A stretch of DNA of 64,000 nt from Heptranchias perlo (taxonomy: Eukaryota): NCBI RefSeq assembly GCF_035084215.1, contig NC_090353.1:17732001-17796000 (forward strand), written 5' to 3'. Made by a program: the position numbers and the translations under genes. Shown here one piece after another: positions 10,301 through 22,870 of this stretch. Positions within the stretch are counted from its first letter, which is position 1, and the number at the start of each line of letters is the position of its first letter. The notes beneath the pieces are model-generated. The model worked only from the letters and a program-made list of their open reading frames with translations. It made no database searches and was not told the origin of the DNA.

Positions 10301-13300
10301 ATCCAGTGCACTCAGCCGTTTCTTGCTATCACGTGTAGTGAATCAAATTGTCTGAAGACTGGCTTCTGTGATGGTGGGGATATCAGGAGGAGGCCGAGAT
10401 GGATCATCCACTCGGCACTTCTGGCTGAAGATGGTTGCAAACACTTCAGCCTTGTCTTTTGCACTCGTGCTGGACTCCGCCATCATTGAGGATGGGGATG
10501 TTTACAGAGCTTCCTCCTCCTGTTAGTTGTTTAATTGTCCACCACCATTCACGACTGGATGTGGCAGGACTGCAGAGCTTTGATCTGATCCGTTGGTTGT
10601 AGAATCGCTTAACTCTGTCTATAGCATGTTGGTTCTGCTGTTTAGCATCCATGTAGTCCTGAGTTGTAGCTTCACCAGGTTGGCACCTCATTTTTAGGTA
10701 TGCCTGGTGCTGCTCGTGGCATGCTCTTCTACACTCCTCATTGAACCAGGGTTGATCCCCTGATGTGTTGGTAATGGTAGAGTGAGGAATATGCCGGGCC
10801 ATTAAGTTACAGATTGTGACGGAATACAATTCTGCTGCTGCTGATAGCCCACAGCGCCTCATGGATGCCCAGTTTTGAGCTGCTAGATCTGTTCTGAATC
10901 TATCCCATTTAGCACAGTGATAGTACCACACAACACGTTGGATGGTGTCCTCAGTGCAAAGACGGGACTTCATCTCCACGAGGACTGTGCGGTGGTCACT
11001 CCTGCCAATACTGTCATGGACAGATGCATTTGCGACAGGTAGATTGGTGAGGACGAGGTCAAGTCGGTTTTTCCCTCGTGTTGGTTCGCTCACCGCCTGC
11101 CGCTGGCCCAGTCTGGCAGCTATGTTCTTCAGGACTCGGCCAGCTCGGTCAGTAGTGGTGCTACCGAGCCACTCTTGGTGGGGGACATTGAAATCCCCTA
11201 CCCAGAGTACATTCTGTGCCCTTGCTAACCTCAGTGCTTCCTCCAAGTGCTGCTCAACATGGAGGAGGACTGATTCATCAGCTGAGGGAGGACGGTAGGT
11301 GGTAATCAGCAGGAGGTTTCCTTGCCCATGTTTGACCTGATGCCATGAGATTTCATGGGGTCCGGAGTCAATGTTGAGGACTCCCAGGGCCACTCCCTCC
11401 TGACTGTATATCACTGTACCGCCACGTCTGGTGGGTCTGTCCTGCCGGTGGGACAGGACATGCCCAGGGAAGGTGATGGAAGAGTCTGGAATGTTGGCTG
11501 AAAGGTATGATTCTGTGGCTATGTCAGGCTGTTGCTTGACTAGTTTGTGGGACAGCTCTCCCAATTTTGGCACCAGTCCCCAGATGTTAGTGAGGAGGAC
11601 TTTGCAGGGTCGACTGGGCTTGGTTTGCCTTTGTCGTGTCCGGTGCCTAGTGGTCCGTCCGGTTTTATTCTTATTATGACTTTTTTTGGCGAGATTTTAC
11701 AACTGAGTGGTTTGCTAGGCCATTTCAGAGGGCAATTAAGAATCAACCACATTGCTGTGGGTCTGGAGTCACAAATCGGCCAGACTGGGTAAGGACGGCA
11801 GGTTTCCTTCCCTAAAGGACGTTAGTGAACCAGATGGGTTTTTATGACAATCCAGTAGTTTCATGGCTACCATTACTGGTACTAGTTTTTTTAATTCCAG
11901 ATTTTATTTAATTAATTGAATTTAAATTCCCCAGCTGCCGTGGTGGGATTTGAACTCATGAGTCATGAGTCTCTTATGTGGCACCTTACTGAAGGCCTTC
12001 TGAAAGTCTATGTATAACACATCCACTGCATTGCCCTTGTCTACTCTTTCTGTTATTTCTTCAAAGATTTTAGTAAGGTTTGTTAAACACGACCTTCCAT
12101 TCTGACTTTTTATTATATTCTCTGTCTGTAGATGTTTTGTCATCTTTTAGCAAAGATTCTAGTATCTTTTCTACCACTGACGTTAGGCTAACTTGTCTAT
12201 AGTTCCCTGCGTTGTTCTGTTTCTGTTTTGAAGATAGGAATTACATTTGCTGTTCGCCAGTTCTCTGGCACGGTTCCTTTGAATTCTTTTGAATTTTTAC
12301 ATTTGGATATTAGTGTTTCTGCTGTCCCCTCCCTAGTTCCTTTGAATATCCACGGGTGCAACCCATCTGGACTCAGGGCTTTGTCCTCAAGTTTGGCTAG
12401 TTTGTCTATTATCTTCTTTCTTTCTGTCTTAACTGTTGTAATATCCCTCTTGACTTATTCTGTCATTGTAATTTCGTCTTCAATGAAAACTGTGGTAAAG
12501 TATCTCTTCATTATCATCTCCTGTGAGTTTCTCTTGCTCATCCCTTAGTAGCCATATCCTCATCTTAATTCTCCTTTTTGTTATTTATGTGCCTATAGAA
12601 TACTTTGCTACTTTTTATGTTCTTTGATATTTTTATTTCATATTGCCTCTTTACCTTCCTAATTGTCTTTTTTTTACCTATTTCCTAAGCTCATCATATT
12701 CCCTTTTGTCATCCTCTCCTTTATTATTTATGTACCTTGGCTATGCCCCTTTCTTTAGGTTCAATTTTATCCTCACCTCTTTATTTATCCATGTCATCTC
12801 ATTCTTGGCTAGTCTGTTCTTATTTTTTAGTGGAATATATTTCTCCTGAACTCTATTGATTTCTCACTTTGGTAGGAAGAATAGAAAAACAGAATATTTT
12901 TTAAAGGGTGAGAAACTTTTAAATGTTGGTGTATAGAAGGATTTGGGTGTCTTTGTACATGAAACACAGAAAGTTAACATGCACGTACAACAAGCAATTA
13001 GGAAGGCAAATGGTATGTTGGCCTTTATTGTAAGGGGTTTGGAGTATAAGAGAAAGGAAGTCTTGCTACAATTGTACAGGGCTTTGGTGAGACCACACCT
13101 GGAGTACTGCATACAGTTTTGGTCTCCTTACCTAGGGAAGGATATACTTGCCTTAGAGGGGGTGCAACAAAGGTTCACTAGGTTGATTCCTGGGATGAGA
13201 GGGTTGTTCTATGAGGAGAGATTGAGTAGAATGGCCCCATAATCTCTGGAGTTTAGAAGAATGAGAGGTGATCTCATTGAAACATATAAGATTCTGAGAG

Positions 13301-16300
13301 GGCTTGACAGGGTAGATGCTGTGAGAGGCTGTTGCCCTTGGCTGGAGAGTCTAGAAGAGAAATTTCTTCACTCAGGATTGTGAATCTTTGGAATTCTCTA
13401 CCGCAGAGGGCTGTGGATGCTGAGTCGTTGAGTATATTCAAGGCTGAGATCGATAGATTTTTGGACTCTAATGGAATCAAGGGTTATGGGGATCAGGTGG
13501 GAAAGTGGAGTTGAGGTTGAAGATCAGCCATGATCTTATTGAATGGCGGAGCAGGCTCGAGGGGCTGTATGGCCTACTCCTGCTCCTGTTTCTTATGTTC
13601 TTAAATATTGCCCACTGTTTTACTTCTTTGTCTGTCAGTTTACCTTTTTTAGCTCCATCCTCACTCCCTCATCATTGGTGTTTTTCCAATCTGTTACTTT
13701 GGTCTTTGCACTATCTATATATCTCTCAATCATTATCTTAAACCTTGTTATATTGTGATCACTGCTCCCTAGACGTTCTTTCACATTTACTTCTCTTATC
13801 TACACTGGTTCATTTCCCATTACTGGATCTAGCAGTGCTTCCTCCACTGTTGGGCATCTTGCATATTAGGTCAGAAAGGAGTCTTGTACACACTATTAAA
13901 AACTCCATTCGCCTTCTCCCCTTTCTCTCCCTCTCCTTGCCAATTTATTTTGGGGTAGTTGAAATCCCCCATGATTATAAGTCTTTTTTTTTACTCATTT
14001 CATATATTTGCTTACATATTTCTCCATCCACTTCCTTTCCACTATTTGATGGTCTGTAGTATACCCCTAATAGTATGACTGATTGCTTCCTTTCCTTTAT
14101 CTCAATCCATATAGATTCTTTCCATCTCTTTGTTAGTTATGTCCTTTCATGCTACTGCCTTTATGTTGTGTCTGATCAACACAATACCCCACCCAGTTCT
14201 TCCCTGCCCTATTATTTCCAAATACATTATAGCTGCAGTATTTAACTTTGTCATGTCCTGTCTGCAGCCATGTTTCTGTTATCCCTATTACATCTATTTT
14301 CTTGCTTTTAATTATTGACTCCAATTCCCTTGTTTGTTGCTCTGTGTATTGCAGTACAAGCCATTCAATATGCTCTTTTTCATTATTCCTGCTTTATTTT
14401 TGTCAGGTAATATTATTAATTCCTACAATCTTTTCTGCTTCTTGAGTATTTGTTATTTTTATCTCTTTCTATACTCTCATCCTTTCTTTTTCTTATCTTT
14501 AGGTCACTATTATATCCACCTGAACCCTTCCCTCCCCCCTTTACTAGTTTATAGTCCTTTCTAAATGTCCTATTTATGCTTTCTGTGATGAGTGGTGAGC
14601 AGATACCAAGGTATAAATGACCCAGGGTGAGCAAGTACCACCAACAATTTGCACTTCTGTAGCACTTTTAAAGTATAAAAACATCTTAAGGCACTTCACA
14701 GAGATATAAAGAAAAATTAGACGCCAAGCTCAAAGAAGGAAATATTAGGAAAGGTGACCTAAAGCTTGGTCGAAGAGGTGGTTTTTAAGGAAGGTCCTAA
14801 AAGAAGAGAGTTGGAGAGGCAGAGGGTTTTAATTCAAGGCAGCCGAAGGCACGGCCTTCAGTGGTGGAGCAAAGGGAGGGGGTGATGTGTAAGTGGTCAG
14901 AGTCAGAGCGACTGAGAGTTTGGTGGGAGGGCAATAATCACATCCCCCTCTCTCCCCTACCAGCAAATCTGGTGTAACGTTGAAGTTTTGTTCTCACCTA
15001 CAGATCGTGCCCAAACAGAAGAGCGGGTGAAAGGTTCAGGTATACTCGCAGGGTGCCTCTCAGTTTTCATCCCTGAGGCATGCAGCCACTGCACCAGTAC
15101 AAGGAGAATTCTTAGATAACCCACTTTCTGATACAACATTGCAATTCTGAAACTTGTCCTAAAATGCTGTAATGGCTCCACCTAGCTGTGATAATGCAAA
15201 CCACCAGATTTATAATTAGAATGCCAGCGTAAAGCAGGTTTTCTGGCCTATTTATCTCCCCTCCCCATCCCTCTTCTCTGGAAGGCACTGACTCATATTG
15301 GGGTGCACTTCCAGTATCACCCACTGAGCCAGCGGGGAGCTCCAACAGTATTTCTTAATTAACCCTAGCTGGTATAATTATCTCAGGCTAAAATAATTTC
15401 CACTTCTTAGGAGAAATGTGGAGTTCGAAGATTCAGGGGATGTAACCTGATTAATGGGAAAAGTTTCTATTTGACTATTTTCTTTCCTAACTTTGTCGAA
15501 GATGCTAACTTATATTGAAGTACGGTTCTTTGCTCTGAGGTACCTTATCCAAATAGCTATTATTTGTGAGCCTCAGCGGGCTATTTGACTACAGGGGCAT
15601 CATAGCTGATCCTATCCTCATCTGACATCACACACACATGCACTCCCCAGCAAGGGTCACTGGACACTGATGAGGAGAAGGAACCTTGTCTGACTTTCCT
15701 GTCTCTAACCTAGAGGCACTGAGACCAATTGTAGCACTTCTATAGCTGTTTGGTTGAAATCAGCTAACAGCACAGACTGGGGAGAGAGCATGGGCCCGTC
15801 CTGATCTATGTGGTTGAGCTATTCACATAAACACACTGAGGCAGCCTCGCCTCGGGATTGGATCTGACTGGAGGGTGAGAGGAGGCTTTCTATACTCTGA
15901 TCTTTGCTAGTCACTAACATTTAACACAGAAAGATGAACCCTTGATTGACCTGCTGCAGAAATGGCACCTCATGGATGCTTGTACTGGAGGAGTTAGAGT
16001 GTCACAGGCTTGATATTTGGAGCAATGTAGCCTATAAAAGACAAACATTTTCAAAACATGCTTGGATTTTGAACAAGCTAAATTGAAAGAGTGCAGTGTT
16101 CACAAGGTTGATTTAGAATGAAAACTACGGGCAGGAAGATTTTGACAGTATTACATTAGCTTGATTCTCCATACTAATGCGCCCTCTTTTCTTTCACAGC
16201 TGAATGACGTACATGGCCAGATGCAATCTAAGGGTGGCTACAGTGACACAGTGCCAATTAGTATTCAGACAATGCAGCTTATCGATACAACAGCAGCATA

Positions 16301-16301
16301 G
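7332..16301 (+). CDS. CDC42SE2: CDC42 small effector protein (SPEC/CDC42SE family, CDC42SE2-like), 86 aa; coding exons 7332-7385, 7888-7992, 16200-16301
   Basis: Spliced product [18 protein letters not shown]|[35 protein letters not shown]|[34 protein letters not shown]-terminal CC motif, basic stretch, CRIB motif [17 protein letters not shown]; all GT-AG phase 0. Family certain, exact paralog uncertain. Confidence 0.9.
7888..7992 (+). CDS. CDC42SE2: CDC42SE CRIB exon
   Basis: TTTTTTTGACAG acceptor; [35 protein letters not shown]; GTAAGT donor. Confidence 0.93.
8742..11960 (-). mobile_element. CR1-group (CR1/L2/Crack-like) APE-RT LINE with tRNA-derived head, copy 1 (5' end clipped just upstream of the B box)
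   Basis: APE (LTNIWGL, YRPPS, VGDFN, LDLVLTN, SDH) and RT ([16 protein letters not shown]) ORF fragments; A-rich 3' tail; B box GAGTTCAAATCCC at 11945-11957. Confidence 0.93.
12865..13600 (+). mobile_element. 5'-truncated younger CR1 LINE 3' end
   Basis: [39 protein letters not shown] and CR1-type tail GGCCTACTCCTGCTCCTGTTTCTTATGTTCTT. Confidence 0.92.
14640..14930 (-). mobile_element. L2-clade LINE 3' fragment
   Basis: Reverse complement of the tail seen at 19200-19465. Confidence 0.7.
16200..16301 (+). CDS. CDC42SE2: CDC42SE last coding exon (exon likely continues to donor at 16333)
   Basis: Branch-like TACTAAT plus CTTTTCTTTCACAG; [33 protein letters not shown]. Confidence 0.9.
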   Translation: MNDVHGQMQSKGGYSDTVPISIQTMQLIDTTAA

Positions 16302-18234
16302 TGTTACTTGGCTACTGAGTTACATGACTCAGGTAAATCCATTTGTAAGTATCACTATTACTAGATAGTGAGTTACAGTTCTTGGATAAACCCATTAGTA
16401 AGTATCACTATTACTATGGTACTCTATTCAGCAGTTATACTTTTTTCTCCTCTTCACTCATGAAGGTGCTGACTTTTGCTAAGGTACAATTCATCAGGCA
16501 CTATGCACTCATCTGAGTGCCCATTCTTCATGAGTCTAGATTGAGTGTCAGCAAGGTATTAAACCATGGAGGGTATCGCAGTTAATTCTAATTCTGTCTT
16601 TGACATCAACAAACATGCACTTTCCAACAGGTGTAACTAGAGACCTGGCTGATTTTCTTCTCCCTGACTTCTGGAGGCTACCCCGGCTGAAAATGAACTT
16701 AGCACAAACCGGAGGTCTAACCTGGGATCTTCCTGGTCTGTATACCTCATTATCCCCAACCATTACCCCTTGCCCTGAGAAAATTTCCAAGCAAAAGACA
16801 AAATTCACTGAACAGTACAGACTCATGCAGGTCTGAAAATATTTTTTTAACATTTTGTTTCATATTTATTGATTTTTTTTTTCATGCAGTTCAAAAAAAA
16901 GTATTTTTTTTAATTGCCCTGTCATGGCTGTATTGCCAGTCCCATTCCAGCTATCCATTTATTTTTTCCCAGTTGATACATTATCATTCATCTTGCTTAG
17001 GGCACGCACTTTGTGCCCACAAATCCCCCTTCTTGTTATCACAATTTATGGTCATGCTTTGGTGGAAGCATTTACCATTGTAAAGTGCTATGTCAACTGT
17101 CACAATGCTAATGCAGGCTGTGACCATTAGGTGGCTCTGTGGGGTGAGTTTCTGAAGTCTCCCAACTCTATTGCCACCTTGTGTATATGAAAAAAAAACT
17201 TGTTTTCATTAACTGACCATGGGCAATGGCATAAGCAATTTGTTAGTGTATAATAATTAATGTTAGGGTGCTTTTTATTTTAGCCTTTTCTTAAATTTAA
17301 TAACTTCTGTGGGAGAACATCTATGCTTTCACAGCAAATTTGCGCAAGGGGTACAGATGCTCTTTCCTTTGCTGTTTCTTGGTCTTCAAACTCTCCTCAT
17401 AGTGTACTATGCTACACTATATATAGTAGTTAATAAATTAGCTTCTTAGTATACGATGCTACATTGTAGTAATATTCCTTATAGCTGGGTCAGTAGTGGC
17501 CTTTACCCTTACCATGTAGAATAAGGATTTGAACAGCAGTTAGAGGAAAGTTTGTTTCATAACTAACCTTATATGGATGTGTAAGTTTGTTTTATTTGCA
17601 TAAATTACATGTACTAATCATTTTCTTAAGGTAGAACTGAGTAATTCTTGTGAATATTTGTTTGTTTTCCAGTGTTGTACCACCCAGCCCCCTCTCTTAC
17701 TCCCCAATGTGAATTGGCTTTTGTGATCCAAAAATAAATGCATTATTAGAGCTAGTTGCTTTCATTTTTCCCTCAAGAATCTGCTCAGTCTAATTAATCT
17801 TTTCTTATTATTTTGGTTGGCCCAGAACAGCAGTAACCTTGTCATTGTGTGACAGGTTTATAATCCATTTCATGCATTCTCCTCTTTCAATCTGTTGTGG
17901 TTATTACAGTAATTATCTTACTACACAATGGCTGGCAACTTAACATATGAAAAGGAATGTATTCTTTCTATTACAAGTCCAACAAGTAAAAAGTGACCTT
18001 TGTATTCCCTGATGGATAAGTGAGTTTATTCAGTGAGTGGCTGAGCCTTACAGATCAGGAAGGTCTGGCCTCAGGCTCCATTCCTGGTTTGTGCAGTTAG
18101 CTGATCGCAGTTGGTCATTACAATTAGCCCCAGTGTACCCAGGATAGGCAGGGGGAAAAAATCAGACAGAATTTCCCCTCTTGATCACTGACATGACTGT
18201 GTAATGTGATCCTATGTGACTGTGGCCATGGTGC

Positions 18235-19465
18235 ACTATCCCTCCTCATCCTTCTTGATCTGTCCATAAGCCTTTGACACGGTTGACCACACCATCCTGC
18301 TCCAATGCCTCTCCTCCATTGTCCAGCTGAGTGGGATTGCCCTCACCTGGTACCACTCTTACCTCTCCAGTCTTAGCCAGCAATGGCTTCTCTTCCCGCT
18401 TCTGCACTGTTACCCCTGGAGTCCCCAAAGGATTTATCCTTGCCCCCCTTCTATTTCTTATCTACATGCTGCCCCTTGGCGACATTATCGGAAACCACGT
18501 CTGGTTCCGTGTGTACACTGACTACACCCAGCTGTACCTTACCGCAACCTCTCTCGATCCCTCAACTGCCTCTGTGTTGTCAGACTGCTTCACCGAAATA
18601 GATGAGCCAGAACTTCCTCCATTTAAACATTGGGAAGACTAAAGCCATTGTCTTTGGCCCTCGCCACAAATTCCGTTCCCTAACCACTGAATCCTTCCCC
18701 CTCCCTGGCCACTGTCTCAGGCTGAACCAGACAGTTCGCAACCTCGGCATCCTATTTGACCCTGAGCTGAGCTTCTGACCCTATTACCTCTCCCATCACC
18801 AAGACCGCCTACTTCCACCTCCGTAATATCGCCCGTCTCTGCTCCAGCCTCAACTCATTTGCTGCCAAAACCCTCATTCATACCTTTGTTACCTCTAGAC
18901 TCGACTATTCCAATGCTCTCCTGGCTGACCTCCCATCTTCCACCATCCATAAACTTGAGCTCATTCAAAACTCTGCTGCCCGTATTCTAACTTGCACCAA
19001 GTCCCATTCACCCATCACCCCTGTGCTTGCTGAGCTACATTGGCTCCCAGTCTGGCAATGCCTCAATTTTAAAATTCTCATCCTTGTGTTCAAATCTCTC
19101 CGAGGCCTCGTCCCTCCCTATCTCTGTAACCTCCTCCAGCCCTACAACCCTCCAAGAACTTTGCTTTCCTCCATTTCTGGCCTCTTGATCATCCCCCATT
19201 TCCTTCGCATCACCATTGGTGGCTGTGCCTTAAGCTATTTAGGCCCTAAGCTCTGGAATCCCCTCCCTAAATATCTCCACCTTTCCAACCCTCTCTCCTC
19301 CTTTAAGATGCTCCTTAAAACCTACCTTTTTCACCAAGCTTTTGGTCACCTGTCCTAATGTCTCTTTCTTTGGCTTGGTGTCAGTTTTTATCTGATTACA
19401 CTCCTGTGAAGCATCTTGGGATGTTTTACTGTGTTAAAAGCGCTATATAAATGCAAGCTGTTGTA
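18235..19465 (+). mobile_element. 5'-truncated L2-clade LINE (RT pseudogene plus tail), inserted in a family-A copy
   Basis: [56 protein letters not shown]; tail CGCTATATAAATGCAAGCTGTTGT. Confidence 0.9.
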
Positions 19466-19954
19466 ACCAGTGATCCTCTGCTGGAAAATGCCTGTGTGAG
19501 GACAGGTTCATCTGATACCTACCCCCCACCCCACCCTCTACCACCCATGCTTTTATGTTTTTTTTGTGCTCATGGGATGTTAGTGCTGGGTAATGAAGCT
19601 CTTTCCATTCCCATTGGGTCCAGTGCTAGTCCTCATTTCCACTGCCAGCAGCATCATCGAGCACTCCAAGCTGAATTGTAGTATAGTCAACCTTGCAAGA
19701 CCATCCCCTACTATACCAGTGCGACACTGTCCCTAGGCCCTCAGCTCGAGCTTGTGTACCTGTCCATAGGCGCTGTCATAGATCTCCTGAGCTGTTATAT
19801 CTGAAACCAAGCTTGAGTGATTATTCAGGTTTATTTTCATATACGTCTTAGAGCTTATCTCACTCACCTGAGATTTGGTGAATGGCCCTGCAATTAGTTG
19901 GGAGTGCACTGAATGGCCATGGCTGAATAGGGATGTGATGAAAGGGACTTATAA

Positions 19955-20220
19955 GGACATAAGAACAGAAGCCTCTTGAGCCTGTTCCACCATTCTAATA
20001 GATCATGGCAGATCTGTACGTCAACTCTATTTATCTGCCTTTGCTCCATACTTTGTGATACCTTTACCTATCAAAAATCTATCTCTCTGTCCTGAAAATT
20101 TCAATTGACTCAGCATCCACAGTCTTTTGGGGGCGTGAGTTCCAGATTTCCACTATGCTTTGTGTAAAAAAAAAAAAGTGCACCCTGATTTCACTCCTTT
20201 ATGGCCTAGTTCTAATTTTA
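19955..20220 (-). mobile_element. CR1 3'-end fragment
   Basis: Reverse-complement match to the tail at 13380-13600. Confidence 0.7.
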
Positions 20221-20951
20221 TTTTGATGGTGGGGATGTGAGAAACAGCCAGTATGAACTCCCGAGGGATTTGTCTCAAACTAATTTTACTTTAACTGTTT
20301 GCACTTTACAGTTACGTGTTGGCTCCCATTTAAATTGGTGAACTTGGAAATAGGACTCCTCCCTGGAGCCAGTTCAGAAGAACCCCTGGCAGCATAACCT
20401 GGTAGCTGAGCCCAGGCTCTGAATCCCCGCCAATTGTGTCATTGTACCGGGCACTGAGGAAAGCTGGTGGGGAGGGGGGGTGGTGGCGGTGTGGATGGTG
20501 GTAGTGCTGGATAGCCCTGATGTAGGATATTGAACTTGAATTATGGCTTTGGGGTATAAACATAACAATGGACATAGAAAGAGAGTACTGTGAAGACCAT
20601 TATATGTTAGAGATGAATGTCTATTGGGTCCAGTGCTAATCTACATTTCCACTGCCGAAAAGCTCAGATTGTCTGGGAGTAGATACTGTGACAGTGACAA
20701 GGACAAGGACAGTTACTGTGACAGTGCAGCAAGAACAGTCTCTTGTTTTCTTGCCATATATGGTATTCCTTTTATCCATCTCGGGAGAATGAAAGACATA
20801 GTGAACCCTGTTGGAATTTGTACCCAGGACTGGCACTCAAACTTATATACAGGGAGTACAAAAGGGTTTGTGTCATAAATTAGGATTCTGTAACACATGT
20901 AAACCACAATGTGTGTCCTGTGATTATTGTAACCGGGTAATACCCAATCAC

Positions 20952-21645
20952 TGGCCTGGAGTTTCCTCCATGGGCGCAACCTGGATGTTAGACCCAAGAA
21001 CTCCCCCAATGTTGCCCTCATTTTGCCAATGTCAAGTTACACCCAAGTATCCCCCCAATCTCATTAGAATGCGCCCAAACTTAAAATGGGCATAAATCAG
21101 TGTAAACAACGGGGCCCAAGGAAACGTCGAACTCACACCATATATTTCTTCTTTGAGTGTTAAATTAAGTTTTAACTTATTTAACCATCATTCATGCATA
21201 TCAGGCACAGCATGTTTAAGAACCTGCAGTCGGGGAAGCTTTTCAATTTTTAATGTAACTTATACTTATGCCATAAAAATGCATTAAAAGAAATAGAAAA
21301 TACTGAGCAGGTCTTAGTAAGGATAATTTTTTTTTAACAAATGCTCAAAAAATTGCAATTAAAAGATCAGAAAAATGACTTTGATTCCTGCTGCACCAGA
21401 AAATCTGGTCGTAGTGTTGAGACCCCTGAACAAGCGCAATTGGAGGATACTCGCATTTGAGAGTCAGGGTGTGGCCAGTTTTGTGGGTGGAGATTTGTTT
21501 GGATGGAGGGTTTGATGGACGGACGTAAAGGTTCGAGGAGACTTGGGCATATTGTAGTTACGCAGGTAACTCACGCCAAAATTCCGTGCTCTTTTAAGCC
21601 GCATAATTGGTTTGCGCTCAGGTTACAGGTGTAAACTCCAGCCCA
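20952..21645. mobile_element. Putative MITE-like element
   Basis: Imperfect terminal inverted repeats TGGCCTGGAGTTT ... AAACTCCAGCCCA; non-coding interior. Confidence 0.35.
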
Positions 21646-21734
21646 CTATTTTTATCCCCTCCTCCACCCCGTTAAAACTTTTCCAGCAAAAGTTTAATTC
21701 TTCCTGTGTTTTTAAACATTTCTGTAATTTCCCA

Positions 21735-21870
21735 GTATCTGAACCAGCTGCACATGACCCAGCTGTATCTGACTCAACAGCTATCTGACTGGTGTCTGAC
21801 CCAACTGTATTTAACTGGTACCTGACCCAGTTGTATCTGCCTGGTGTCTGACTCAGCTATATTTAACCCA
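21735..21870. repeat. Degenerate short tandem repeat (GTATCTGAC/CCAGCT units)
   Basis: Repeated GTATCTGA..CAGCT blocks. Confidence 0.55.
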
Positions 21871-22371
21871 TATCTTAAGGTACATGTTGTTTCTCTTTTT
21901 TCAGATTGCTCTATCTTCCTTAAAGTACTCCTCTGTGACCCATTGCCTCTACCTGTCAACTAAGCCGAGATGAAGTTTGTGCTTTGCATATTGAAGGACT
22001 CAGCGTTGTGTTTAAAGTGGCCACATTCCTCCCAGCTGAACGTGTACAGGGAAACTGCCCCTTGTGTTTTCTGAAGTGGACTACATGTTTTTTCTAATTT
22101 TGCCTCAATCAGTCAAATTGGAAGTGCTTTTTGTCCTTGTACAGTTTGTATTTGTTGACTTGCAATAAGTACTGGAGTCAGGGAGATTCCCACACACTGG
22201 AGGAATACAGCTTTTCACCAGACTGCACATTACTGCGTAGCTGTGTTTGGAATAACGTTTAAATGTCTTGTTCTGTAATTTTATTATATGGACGGACTTT
22301 ATTTTGATGCTGTCAAAGATCCTGGATTTCAGTGTAGAGTTGTAACTTGAGTGGGATGCAGGAATTTCAGT

Positions 22372-22870
22372 CACAGTTCCCCAGCTGCTGACTCTCGCTG
22401 GGGCACAGTTCCCCAGCTGCTGACTCTCGCTGGGGCACAGTTCCCCAGCTGCTGACTCTCGCTGGGGCACAGTTCCCCAGCTGCTGACTCTCGCTGGGGC
22501 ACAGTTCCCCAGCTGCTGACTCTCGCTGGGGCACAGTTCCCCAGCTGCTGACTCTCGCTGGGGCACAGTTCCCCAGCTGCTGACTCTCGCTGGGATAGAG
22601 TGCCATAGGCGCTGACTCTCGCTGGGGCACAGTTCCCCAGCTGCTGACTCTCGCTGGGGCACAGTTCCCCAGCTGCTGACTCTCGCTGGGATAGAGTGCC
22701 ATAGGCGCTGACTCTCGCTGGGGCACAGTTCCCCAGCTGCTGACTCTCGCTGGGGCACAGTTCCCCAGCTGCTGACTCTCGCTGGGGCACAGTTCCCCAG
22801 GTGCTGACTCTCGCTGGGATAGAGTGCCACAGGCGCTGACTCTCGCTGGGGCACAGTTCCCCAGGTGCCA
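22372..22870. repeat. 32-bp minisatellite (CACAGTTCCCCAGCTGCTGACTCTCGCTGGGG)n, about 15 copies with an interspersed GATAGAGTGCCATAGGC variant
   Basis: Direct tandem unit; continues into a family-A copy at 22870-23120. Confidence 0.96.

Larger units (their letters stand above)
8146..14400 (-). mobile_element. Old, degenerate CR1 LINE (APE-RT) split by two younger insertions
   Basis: Collinear minus-strand pieces: [14 protein letters not shown] (14133-14324), [21 protein letters not shown] (11960-12140), QGSVLGPL (~8680), [20 protein letters not shown] (8146-8478). Confidence 0.85.
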
